A DNA stretch of 64,000 bases, from assembly GCA_963667565.1 (NCBI GenBank), contig OY763415.1, positions 416,001 through 480,000 of the forward strand, given 5' to 3'. This document shows, in pieces, positions 1 to 8,754 of this stretch (position 1 is the first letter of the stretch; the number at the start of each line of letters is the position of its first letter). The position numbers and the translations under genes are program-made. The notes under the pieces are model-generated. The model did not search any database, was not told the origin of the DNA, and saw only the letters and a list, made by a program, of their open reading frames with translations. The stretch is from Acholeplasmataceae bacterium (GTDB taxonomy: Bacteria > Bacillota_I > Bacilli_A > Acholeplasmatales > Acholeplasmataceae).

Positions 1-357
1 GAACATGTAGGAAAAAATCCTGATCACATTCATTTCTCACTTCATTCAAAAAATTATAATCATCATATTGGTAATCAACCAACACATGTGTTTAATGAAG
101 ACGAGTTTATTAATGAATTTCATTTATATCAAATGATATGGGATGAAAAAAGCATTTCGTTTCATTTAGATGATAAACATATTGTTACTTTTGAAAAAGG
201 ACAAAAAAAGACAAATGCTGACTGGCCATTTGATCAAAGCTTTTATTTAATATTAAATTTAGCGATTGGTGGATGGTGGGGTGGTGACATTGATGATTCA
301 ATGTTTCCAGTCGAGATGTTGGTCAAATATGTCAAAGTATACGAAAGATGTGATTAG
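1..357 (+). CDS. GH16 beta-1,3-glucanase, C-terminal part (truncated by window edge)
   Basis: Frame 1 is open from base 1 (EHVGKNPDHIHFSLH, the segment that follows the EIDIM motif) and ends WPFDQSFYLILNLAIGGWWGG..VKYVKVY, a typical GH16 C-terminus. Confidence 0.9.
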   Translation, partial: EHVGKNPDHIHFSLHSKNYNHHIGNQPTHVFNEDEFINEFHLYQMIWDEKSISFHLDDKHIVTFEKGQKKTNADWPFDQSFYLILNLAIGGWWGGDIDDSMFPVEMLVKYVKVYERCD

Positions 358-1383
358 ATGGATCAAAAAAGAACAATTTATACCATTGCTAAAGAACTAA
401 ATTTATCTCCAGGTACGATTTCTAAGATTTTAAATCAGACAGGAAATGTATCAGAACAAACAAGAGAGAGAGTACTTAAGTACATCAAAGAAGTAGGTTA
501 TGTACCTGCGACTTCAGCAAGAATGCTTAAGTCAAAACGTACGTATAGCGTGGGCATTGTTTTTACTGAAGAATCTGATGTTGGATTAGAACATTCATTC
601 TTCTCTAGTATTCTTCAACATTTCAAGAATTTTGTTGAAAAAGAAGGATACGAACTTAGTTTTATTGTAAAAAAATTAGGACAACATGAACTCTCATATT
701 ATGATTGGGTTAAAAATAAAAAAGTTGACGGTGTTTATATCGTTGTAGGGAACTATGATGATCAAGGTTTATATGAATTAATTAACAGTTCTATACCTTG
801 TATCTCAACCGATATGTTAGTCCCTGGACTTCATACAGTTATTAGTGATAATGAACAAGGTGTTAAGATTGTCTTAGATTATATCAAAGATGAACTTAAG
901 AAAGAAAAAGTTGCATTCATATCAGGACCACAATCATCGAAAGCATTCGTTGAGCGTAGTCATATTTTTGAAGATTATGCAAAAACATTAGGACTTAAGC
1001 AAGTCTCACCCGTCATTTATGCTGAAAGCTTTGGGTTTACAAGTGGTTATAATGCAGCTAAAGAACTATTAAGTGAAAAGACATTACCAGAAGTCATATT
1101 CGTATCAAGTGATGATATTGCGCTTGGTGTGATGAAATATATTAAAGATGCAGGTTATGATATTCCAACTGACATTAAAGTTATTGGATTTGATGATATT
1201 GCATTTGCTAAACATTTCACCCCTTCACTGACTACAGTACAACAAGATAGAAAATTATTAGGTGAAACCGCAGGTAAATTACTCATTGATTTAATAGAAC
1301 ATCCAGAAGTTAAGTTTAATGAAGTCGTTAAATTACCTGTTAAACTCATTAAAAGAGCATCAACAGAATCAAAAAACGACTAA
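358..1383 (+). CDS. LacI family transcriptional regulator
   Basis: N-terminal HTH (TIYTIAKELNLSPGTISKILN, GYVP..AR.L) and sugar-binding domain (IGFDD..FTPSLTTVQQ). Confidence 0.95.
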   Translation: MDQKRTIYTIAKELNLSPGTISKILNQTGNVSEQTRERVLKYIKEVGYVPATSARMLKSKRTYSVGIVFTEESDVGLEHSFFSSILQHFKNFVEKEGYELSFIVKKLGQHELSYYDWVKNKKVDGVYIVVGNYDDQGLYELINSSIPCISTDMLVPGLHTVISDNEQGVKIVLDYIKDELKKEKVAFISGPQSSKAFVERSHIFEDYAKTLGLKQVSPVIYAESFGFTSGYNAAKELLSEKTLPEVIFVSSDDIALGVMKYIKDAGYDIPTDIKVIGFDDIAFAKHFTPSLTTVQQDRKLLGETAGKLLIDLIEHPEVKFNEVVKLPVKLIKRASTESKND

Positions 1384-1388
1384 AATAA

Positions 1389-1447
1389 TTGAAAACGGTT
1401 ACACATTGTGATATGATAATAATATCATACGAAAGAAACCGATTTCC
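1389..1447 (+). promoter_or_regulatory. sigma-70 promoter with two LacI-type operator candidates
   Basis: TTGAAA (1389) -17 nt- TATGAT (1412) with extended TG; CG-centred imperfect palindromes TGAAAACGGTTACA (1390-1403) and AGAAACCGATTTCC (1434-1447). Confidence 0.6.
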
Positions 1448-1464
1448 TTGTAAGGAGATATAGG

Positions 1465-4400
1465 ATGGAAAAAGAAAAAAAATACACTTATAAAATTGAA
1501 GATTATCAAAAACAAAAACCATTCTCAAGCTTTTTATCTGGTATCGCAGGTAAAATGGGTTTACCTCTTTGGGCTTTTTATGTGAATAGAGGACAACTCA
1601 TTGCTGGTTTTGGTTCTAGAGATAAGAATGGTGCGATTATGGAGTTCTATCCTGCAAACCTTGCTTATCATTATGTATCAACAATCGGATTTAGAACATT
1701 CATCAAATATAATGGCATTGTTCATGAATGTTTTAAAGAAATAAATCCAAATCAGACATTAGAAGTCAAAAGAGATGAAGTCATCATCAGCGAATATGTC
1801 AAAGATTTTGGATTAAAAATTACAGTGACATATTTAACACTTCCAAATGAGGACTTATCAGGACTTGTTAGAAAAGTTAAATTAGAATCAGATAAAGTTT
1901 TAAAAGATGTTGAAGTGATTGATGGATTAGCTCAAATTCTTCCATATGGTATTGATTACGGCGGATATAAAGCTGTATCAAACTTATTGCAAAGTTGGAT
2001 GGAAGTTGAAACAAGTAGTTATGCATTCTTTAAATTAAGAGCATCGACAGCAGATGAAGCAGAAGTAGAAATGATGACTGAAGGAAATTTCTATTATGCA
2101 ACATCACAAGTTAAACCTTTATATGTATATGATTACAAATTAATCTTTGATCAAGATGCATCACTAGTCACACCTTATGGATTCATAGAGCACAGTGTGA
2201 ATCAGTTAAGAGATCTTGAACAAACACATGTTAATCAAGTCCCATGTGGGATGTCAGCTTATCATTTTGATGAGATTAAGGATGTTGTTCAAATTGATAG
2301 TTTATTTGGTTATAGCCATGATGAGCATCAATTAGGACATATACTATCAAAATATGACAATAATTATTTTGATTTAAAACAAAAACAAAACACCATACTT
2401 CATGATGAAGTGTGTGATGTGATAGAAACAAAATCAGCATTTCCCATTTTTGATGAATATTTAAAGCAATGTTATTTTGATAATATGCTTAGAGGTGGAA
2501 AACCGTTGATCTTTGATACAAAAGATGGTCAAGTTGGATACCATATATATTCAAGAAAGCATGGGGATTTAGAAAGAGATTACAATTTCTTTTCATTAGA
2601 ACCAGCATTTTACTCTCAAGGTAATGGAAACTTTAGAGATGTTTTGCAAAACAGAAGAAATGATTTATTATTTGATGCAAGACTTAAAGATTTTAATGTA
2701 TTAATGTTTGCTGCATTTATCCAATTAGATGGATACAATCCGCTTTCGATTGAAGGACTTAAGTTTAAATTTGAAGGTGACGCATCGATCTATCCTAAGA
2801 AAGTACAAGATCTTATCAAAGATTTATATACACCAGGGAAACTTGCGATGGTCTTGGATGAAGAAAAACTTGATGTCAATGAGCTTTTAAAAGAAATCAT
2901 GGCACAATCTATTCATGAATATCAAGCAGTCTTTGGTGAAGGATATTGGGAAGATCATTTTACGTATTTAATTGATTCAATGATTTCATATGAATCCATT
3001 TATCCTGATCAAATGAAGACATTACTTTTTGATAAAAAGGTTCAATCATTTAAATCACCAGTCAAAGTAAATCCAAGAAAATTAAAATATGTTAAAACAA
3101 AACACGGTACCATCAGACAATATGGATCAATCCATCATTTAGAAGATGATCATCAAAAATGGGTGATGGTTAACGAAGAAAAATTAAACTTAAGCGTTTA
3201 TATGAAATTATTCATTTTAGCACTTAATAAATTTGCACATTTAGATCCATTTGGTATTGGACTTTCATACGAAGGTAATAAACCTGGATGGAATGATGCG
3301 GCTAATGGTCTTCCAGGACTCTTTGGCTCTGGCGTTTCAGAAATGTTTGAACTTAAACGTATTGTTACATTCTTACTTAAGTATCAACCACAACATGATT
3401 TAGAAAGTATTAAACCATTAAAACCATTATTGGATGCGTGCATGTTATCACATCAAGATCAAATGATTAGATGGAATCAATATATGGATGCTTTAGAAAA
3501 CTATAGAGAAGCACTTCAAGAACCATTAGAAAAGATGATGATTTCTAAAGAAGATATACTTGATAGTCTAACGCATATGAATTTTGTACTTGCTGAAGCA
3601 GTACAAAGAGCAAAATCTATCAATCCAATCATGCCGACATATTTAACATATGAAGCAACGTCATATGAAGAAAATCTAACAGAAGATCAAAAACCGTTGA
3701 TTGGTGAATATGGTCTTCCAACAGTGACAGTTCACAGTTTTGAAATGCGTCCACTCCCTTCATTTTTAGAAGGACCTGCAAGATATTATAAATTAGATGA
3801 TCATCAAGGCGAAGAAGCGCTTCATGAAGAAGTTTTAAAAAGTGAATTATATGATAAAACACTTCATATGTTTCAAACAAGTGTGTCTCTAGATGATGAA
3901 TCATTTGAAATTGGAAGATTAAAAGCTTTCACCAAAGGATGGCTTGAACGTGAATCAAACTTCCTACATATGACCTATAAATATTTATTTGGATTACTTA
4001 AATCTAAACAATATGAAAGTTTTTATGAACTTATTCAAACAAACTTCACATGTTTTATGGATCCTTTAGTTTATGGTAGATCACCAGTGGAAAATTCAAG
4101 TTTCATTGCACCTTCTAATAATCCAGATCCTAGAAAACGTGGTCAAGGATTTGTTTCAAGATTATCAGGATCAACAGCTGAAGTCTTATCCATGTGGCAA
4201 TATATGTTCTTCGGACCTCACATGTTTGAAGTAGAAGATGAAGTACTCACATTTAAATTAGAACCAGCTATAGATCAAAAATTCTTTAAAGATGGCATCT
4301 TAGAAACAACATTATTAGGAAATATAAAAGTCATTTATCATTATGAGGGTCAAAAGCCAACTTATGATAAAGATGTTAAAGTCGATCATATGGTGATGTA

Positions 4401-4521
4401 TCACAAAGATGGTCGCGTAGAAACTTTTGGTTCAAAAGTTTATGATGTTTGGGCAAAAGATGTTAGAGAAAATCACATCTTTAAAATAGAGGTATTTATT
4501 AAGGAGGAAAATAATAAATGA
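1465..4521 (+). CDS. GH161-like beta-1,3-glucan phosphorylase
   Basis: 1018 aa, no signal peptide; FSSFLSGIAG..G.P.WAFYVNRGQ, YSRKHGDLERDYNFF, QGNGNFRDV.QNRR, KPGWNDA.NGLPG, GWLERES.FLHM.YK, RLSGSTAE. Confidence 0.85.
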   Translation: MEKEKKYTYKIEDYQKQKPFSSFLSGIAGKMGLPLWAFYVNRGQLIAGFGSRDKNGAIMEFYPANLAYHYVSTIGFRTFIKYNGIVHECFKEINPNQTLEVKRDEVIISEYVKDFGLKITVTYLTLPNEDLSGLVRKVKLESDKVLKDVEVIDGLAQILPYGIDYGGYKAVSNLLQSWMEVETSSYAFFKLRASTADEAEVEMMTEGNFYYATSQVKPLYVYDYKLIFDQDASLVTPYGFIEHSVNQLRDLEQTHVNQVPCGMSAYHFDEIKDVVQIDSLFGYSHDEHQLGHILSKYDNNYFDLKQKQNTILHDEVCDVIETKSAFPIFDEYLKQCYFDNMLRGGKPLIFDTKDGQVGYHIYSRKHGDLERDYNFFSLEPAFYSQGNGNFRDVLQNRRNDLLFDARLKDFNVLMFAAFIQLDGYNPLSIEGLKFKFEGDASIYPKKVQDLIKDLYTPGKLAMVLDEEKLDVNELLKEIMAQSIHEYQAVFGEGYWEDHFTYLIDSMISYESIYPDQMKTLLFDKKVQSFKSPVKVNPRKLKYVKTKHGTIRQYGSIHHLEDDHQKWVMVNEEKLNLSVYMKLFILALNKFAHLDPFGIGLSYEGNKPGWNDAANGLPGLFGSGVSEMFELKRIVTFLLKYQPQHDLESIKPLKPLLDACMLSHQDQMIRWNQYMDALENYREALQEPLEKMMISKEDILDSLTHMNFVLAEAVQRAKSINPIMPTYLTYEATSYEENLTEDQKPLIGEYGLPTVTVHSFEMRPLPSFLEGPARYYKLDDHQGEEALHEEVLKSELYDKTLHMFQTSVSLDDESFEIGRLKAFTKGWLERESNFLHMTYKYLFGLLKSKQYESFYELIQTNFTCFMDPLVYGRSPVENSSFIAPSNNPDPRKRGQGFVSRLSGSTAEVLSMWQYMFFGPHMFEVEDEVLTFKLEPAIDQKFFKDGILETTLLGNIKVIYHYEGQKPTYDKDVKVDHMVMYHKDGRVETFGSKVYDVWAKDVRENHIFKIEVFIKEENNK

Positions 4522-7238
4522 GAAAGAGAGTATTATTTTTAAGCCTACTTGCTGTTGTTGGTTTATTCTTAGTCGCGTGTAATAAAACGACAGAATTAAC
4601 ATCAATTACAATTAGTGGTGCAGACAACGTTACGCTAGACTTCCAAGCTACATTTAATGTGCTAGACGGTGTAACTGCTTTAGGTAATGATGGTGTTGAT
4701 TATACAGATCAAATCACTTATGTTTCAACATCAGATATTACAGATGATCTATTAGATACAACTGCTACAGGTAATCATGCAATTCAATATAACGTTTCTG
4801 TTGGAGAAGTTTTAGCTCAAACATGGCGCTATATTACTGTTAGTGAACCACAAGCTGAAGAAGGCCAAATGTTAGTTAACCCTGATTTCGCTACTGGGAC
4901 AACTGGTTGGGATTCTGACAGTGTAGTTTATCAAGCTGATGGTGGTACGATTGCATTAACAAATGAAGATGGTGCATTGAAAGCTGAAGTTGTTGCTGGT
5001 TCAAATCCATATACACCAAGATTTGGTCAAATGAATGTTCCATTTGAAAATGGTGTAACTTATTTAATTTCATTTGATGCTAAATCATCTGCTGAAAAGA
5101 TTATTAATTTACAAGTTGGTGAATTATTATCTGCAGATCCTTATTTCACAGATTTCAAACCAGGTGTAGTTATTCATAAGACAATTACAACTGATTGGGC
5201 AACTTATTCTTATAAGTTTACGATGAATCAACCTGAAACTAATCATCGTGGTGGATTATTATTTGAATTAGGTACTGTTGAATCACAAACTGTTGATGCA
5301 ACAATGTGGTTTGATAACATTAAAGTAGAAGTTTCTACACCAGATGCTGATGAAACTGCTCCAGCATTTGCAGGTGTAAATGCAACTAAACAAATTTATG
5401 TTGACTCAGTTTATGATCCAATGGCTGGTGTATCTGCATTTGACGCATTAGATGGCGATGTCACTGCTGATATTACTTATGTCATAACTGACGAAAATGA
5501 TGCTGTTGTTGATACATTAAGCACAAGTGCTGCTGGTAATTATACAATTACTTATTCAGTGACTGATGCTGCTGGTAACACACAAACTGCAGTTACTCTA
5601 TTGTCAATCGTAGAAGCACCACTTGACACTTATGCACTTCCTGAATGGAGAGCATTTGCAAACACTTGGGAAGGTTCTGACGTATCATTATATGGTATGA
5701 ATGGACAAATGGTTCTTATGATTAACAATGCTAATTTCTATGAATCATGGCAATTACAAATCATTCAAGATCAATTTGCTCTTGGTGGATTAGTTGATAA
5801 TGAAGGTAGTATGCAACTTGTTGCAGGTCAAACTTATAAAGTAACATTTGATGCTAAATCATCTGTAGCTGGTGATTTCGCTGTTCAAATCGGAAGTAGC
5901 CTTCCAAGCTGGGTAGCTTATCATAGTGAAACATTATCAGTTACTAATGAAATGCAAACATTCTCATTTGATTTTACATTAGATGCTGCTGGTGATTATA
6001 CAAGTAAAGCACAATTCAAACTTGAATTAGGTGGATTATTTGGATCAGCAGTTGCTGGTGATTCATTCAAACTTGACAATGTTAAGATTGAAGAATTAGA
6101 TACTGATGGTGTAACATTCATCGACGCTAACTTAATCGTTGCTGGTGATATGGAAAAAGTCGTTTACCAATTAGAAGAATGGAGAGCATTCTCAAATACA
6201 TGGGAAGGTTCAACAACAACTTTAGCTGGTATTAATGGACAAATGGTATTAACAGTTACTGGTTCTAATTTCTCTCAAGGATGGCATTTACAAATTATCC
6301 AAGATGCATTTGCATTAGGTACTGGTGAAGATAATGTAGGTAGTATGCAACTAGTTGCAGGTCAAACTTACAAAGTAACATTTGATGCTAAATCATCTAT
6401 TGAAGGCGATTTTGCATTACAAATTGGTAGTAGTATTCCAAGCTGGGTTGCATATCATAGTGAAACTTTATCAGTAACACAACAAATGCAAACGTTCACT
6501 GTAGAATTTACATTAGATGCAGCTGGTGATTTCACATCTCCTGCACAATTCAAACTTGAATTAGGTACATTATTTACAGGTGCTCCAGTGGGTGCAACAT
6601 TCACACTTGATAACGTTGTTATCCAAGAATTAGATACTGATGGTGTCACATATATTGATGCTGGTCTTATTGAAAATGGTGCTATGGATATAGAATTATA
6701 TCAAGCTGAAGCATGGAGAGCATTCTCTAACTCATGGGAAGGTTCTAATGTTACTTTAACTGGTATGAATGGACAATTAGTCTTAAATATTCTTAGTGGT
6801 AATTTCTATGAAGGATGGCATTTACAACTTATCCAAGATCAATTTGCAATTGATGGTATCACAGATAACGAAGGTAGTATTCAATTTGTTGCTGGTGAAA
6901 CATACAGAGTTACTTTTGATGCAAAAGCATCAATCGCTGGTGATTTCGCATTACAAATTGGTAGTAGCATTCCAAGCTGGGTTGCATATCATAGTGAAAC
7001 TTTATCAGTAACAACTGATATGCAAACATTTACAGTTGACTTTACATTAGATGCAGCTGGCGATTTCACATCACCTGCTCAATTCAAACTTGAATTAGGT
7101 AATTTATTCGCTGGTGCACAAACTGGTCAATTCGTACTTGACAATGTATTAATTCAAAAATTAGACACTGATGGAGTAACTTACGTTGACGCTGATTTCA
7201 TCGTTAATGGTACTATGGATCCAACTCCTGTTGTCTAA
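4518..7238 (+). CDS. Lipoprotein with Ig-like domains and four CBM4-like carbohydrate-binding modules
   Basis: Lipobox LFLVAC; Ig-like (DUF5011-type) segments (GDVTADI..GNYTITYSVTDAAGN); CBM_4_9-like G.TY.V.FDAKS..LELG..DNV repeats. Confidence 0.8.
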   Translation: MRKRVLFLSLLAVVGLFLVACNKTTELTSITISGADNVTLDFQATFNVLDGVTALGNDGVDYTDQITYVSTSDITDDLLDTTATGNHAIQYNVSVGEVLAQTWRYITVSEPQAEEGQMLVNPDFATGTTGWDSDSVVYQADGGTIALTNEDGALKAEVVAGSNPYTPRFGQMNVPFENGVTYLISFDAKSSAEKIINLQVGELLSADPYFTDFKPGVVIHKTITTDWATYSYKFTMNQPETNHRGGLLFELGTVESQTVDATMWFDNIKVEVSTPDADETAPAFAGVNATKQIYVDSVYDPMAGVSAFDALDGDVTADITYVITDENDAVVDTLSTSAAGNYTITYSVTDAAGNTQTAVTLLSIVEAPLDTYALPEWRAFANTWEGSDVSLYGMNGQMVLMINNANFYESWQLQIIQDQFALGGLVDNEGSMQLVAGQTYKVTFDAKSSVAGDFAVQIGSSLPSWVAYHSETLSVTNEMQTFSFDFTLDAAGDYTSKAQFKLELGGLFGSAVAGDSFKLDNVKIEELDTDGVTFIDANLIVAGDMEKVVYQLEEWRAFSNTWEGSTTTLAGINGQMVLTVTGSNFSQGWHLQIIQDAFALGTGEDNVGSMQLVAGQTYKVTFDAKSSIEGDFALQIGSSIPSWVAYHSETLSVTQQMQTFTVEFTLDAAGDFTSPAQFKLELGTLFTGAPVGATFTLDNVVIQELDTDGVTYIDAGLIENGAMDIELYQAEAWRAFSNSWEGSNVTLTGMNGQLVLNILSGNFYEGWHLQLIQDQFAIDGITDNEGSIQFVAGETYRVTFDAKASIAGDFALQIGSSIPSWVAYHSETLSVTTDMQTFTVDFTLDAAGDFTSPAQFKLELGNLFAGAQTGQFVLDNVLIQKLDTDGVTYVDADFIVNGTMDPTPVV
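5631..7220 (+). repeat. Three tandem 534-bp (178-aa) intragenic repeats
   Basis: Trp codon of WRAF.N.WEGS at 5646, 6180 and 6714; long near-identical DNA stretches (ccaagctgggt..catagtgaaac). Confidence 0.95.
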
Positions 7239-7248
7239 GGAGGAAATA

Positions 7249-8682
7249 ATGAGAAAAAAAATAACTATTTTATTGGTTGCAGTAGTCTTATCTTTAGGAT
7301 TATTTGCATGTAAAGAAGATCCTGTCACAACTCAAAAAATCGCATTAACTTATGCGGACTGGGGTGACCAAGAATTAAATCAAAAAATGATTGATGCATT
7401 TATGGAAAAATATCCTGATATCGAAGTAACTTTAAGATCTGATATCAGCGGTAGTGGTGCAACATTTACAGGTAACTTAATTGATGCTGCTCAAGCTGGT
7501 ATTCTTCCAGACGTATTTGCTACAGATAATGTTCCAACAGTTGTTAATGCTGATTTAACTTATGATGTAGCAGATTTATGGGATAATGATGTTGACACAC
7601 CATACGTTTATGATAATGTTGCAAATACTGCAGTTTATAACGGTCACCGTTATGCAGTGCCATCATTCCAATTTTTAAAGGGTATTTTAATCAACTTAGA
7701 TATTTTTGAAGAAGCAAACTTATCAACAACTTCAGAATATCGTATTGATAACGATGGATATCCTGTCAAAGACTGGACACCTGATGAATTTGTTGCAATT
7801 GCTAAAGCAATTAAAAACTTTACACCAGATGATCCTGCTAATTTAGTTGTAGGTATGGATACTTGGTATGGTTCTCCAGATTTCCAACAAGTTTGGCCAA
7901 TGGAAAATGATGCTAACGTCTTATATGATACTTGGAATGGTACAAGTTTCAACTATTTATCAGATGATTGGATTTATGCAATGGAACAAAAAGTTGCATT
8001 ACAACAATTAACTGATGGTACAACTTCAAGATTTACTGAAGAAGATTTAGCTGCATATCCTGAATTATCTACATATTTAATTCAAACAGGTTATGGTGCA
8101 ATGGATATTGAAGGTTCTTGGCAATTCTGGGTAATTAACTCAGCACTAGAAGAAAGTAATATTCATTTAGGTTTCTGGCCATACCCAAGTGGAGATGCTG
8201 GTTTATTCCCACCAACAATTCTTGACTATCAAGCTGTTTCATCTCAAACTAAACATCCAGAAGAAGCTTTCTTATTAGCTAAATGGATGACATTTGGACA
8301 AGATGGATGGAATGCAAGATTAAATATTTTAGAAGAACAAAGAGCTGAACAAATTGCAGCTGGTGAACTTCCTACAATTCTTGATCGTTTCCCAATCGCT
8401 GATTATCCTGGTGTATGGGATAGAGTAAACGCGCTTGTTGATGGTGTTGAAGGTCTTGATTATACTTTTGATAGAATCTCTTATGCTAAACCAGACTTAG
8501 ATAAATGGTTAGCAGGTTATAAAGATTTCTGGGCATGGGCTACAGATACTGAAAACAACCCATATAGTTGGGATAATTTAGTAACTGCTGGACCTACTGC
8601 AGTTCCAACTTATGCTGAACAATGGAATACAAAAGCAAATGAAATTGTTCAAAATGCAATGGCAACTTTAGGTGCAGACTAA
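7249..8682 (+). CDS. Carbohydrate ABC transporter solute-binding lipoprotein
   Basis: RBS AAGGAGG before ATG 7249; lipobox LGLFAC; IDAFMEKYPDIEV, PDVF, NGHRYAVP, TKHPEEAF. Confidence 0.9.
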   Translation: MRKKITILLVAVVLSLGLFACKEDPVTTQKIALTYADWGDQELNQKMIDAFMEKYPDIEVTLRSDISGSGATFTGNLIDAAQAGILPDVFATDNVPTVVNADLTYDVADLWDNDVDTPYVYDNVANTAVYNGHRYAVPSFQFLKGILINLDIFEEANLSTTSEYRIDNDGYPVKDWTPDEFVAIAKAIKNFTPDDPANLVVGMDTWYGSPDFQQVWPMENDANVLYDTWNGTSFNYLSDDWIYAMEQKVALQQLTDGTTSRFTEEDLAAYPELSTYLIQTGYGAMDIEGSWQFWVINSALEESNIHLGFWPYPSGDAGLFPPTILDYQAVSSQTKHPEEAFLLAKWMTFGQDGWNARLNILEEQRAEQIAAGELPTILDRFPIADYPGVWDRVNALVDGVEGLDYTFDRISYAKPDLDKWLAGYKDFWAWATDTENNPYSWDNLVTAGPTAVPTYAEQWNTKANEIVQNAMATLGAD

Positions 8683-8702
8683 ATAGATATAAAAAAGATG
8701 AA

Positions 8703-8740
8703 TTAAGAGGGGATTTTTCCCCTCTTAAAATCACTTTTTA
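8703..8740 (+). terminator. Intra-operon stem-loop (partial terminator or mRNA stabiliser)
   Basis: TTAAGAGGGG-atttt-t-CCCCTCTTAA directly after the SBP gene. Confidence 0.65.
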
Positions 8741-8754
8741 AGGAGGACTTCTTT

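Noticed and set aside
1465..4521. GH94 cellobiose phosphorylase or GH149 assignment
   Set aside because: The motif reads RKHGDLERDYN rather than the RRHGDPSRPWN I associate with GH149, and the context is beta-1,3-glucan; HMM confirmation is still needed
5631..7220. Long direct repeats as possible CRISPR array or DGR template/variable repeats
   Set aside because: In-frame 534-bp protein domain repeats; no spacers, no cas or reverse transcriptase gene, no adenine-specific mismatch pattern evident
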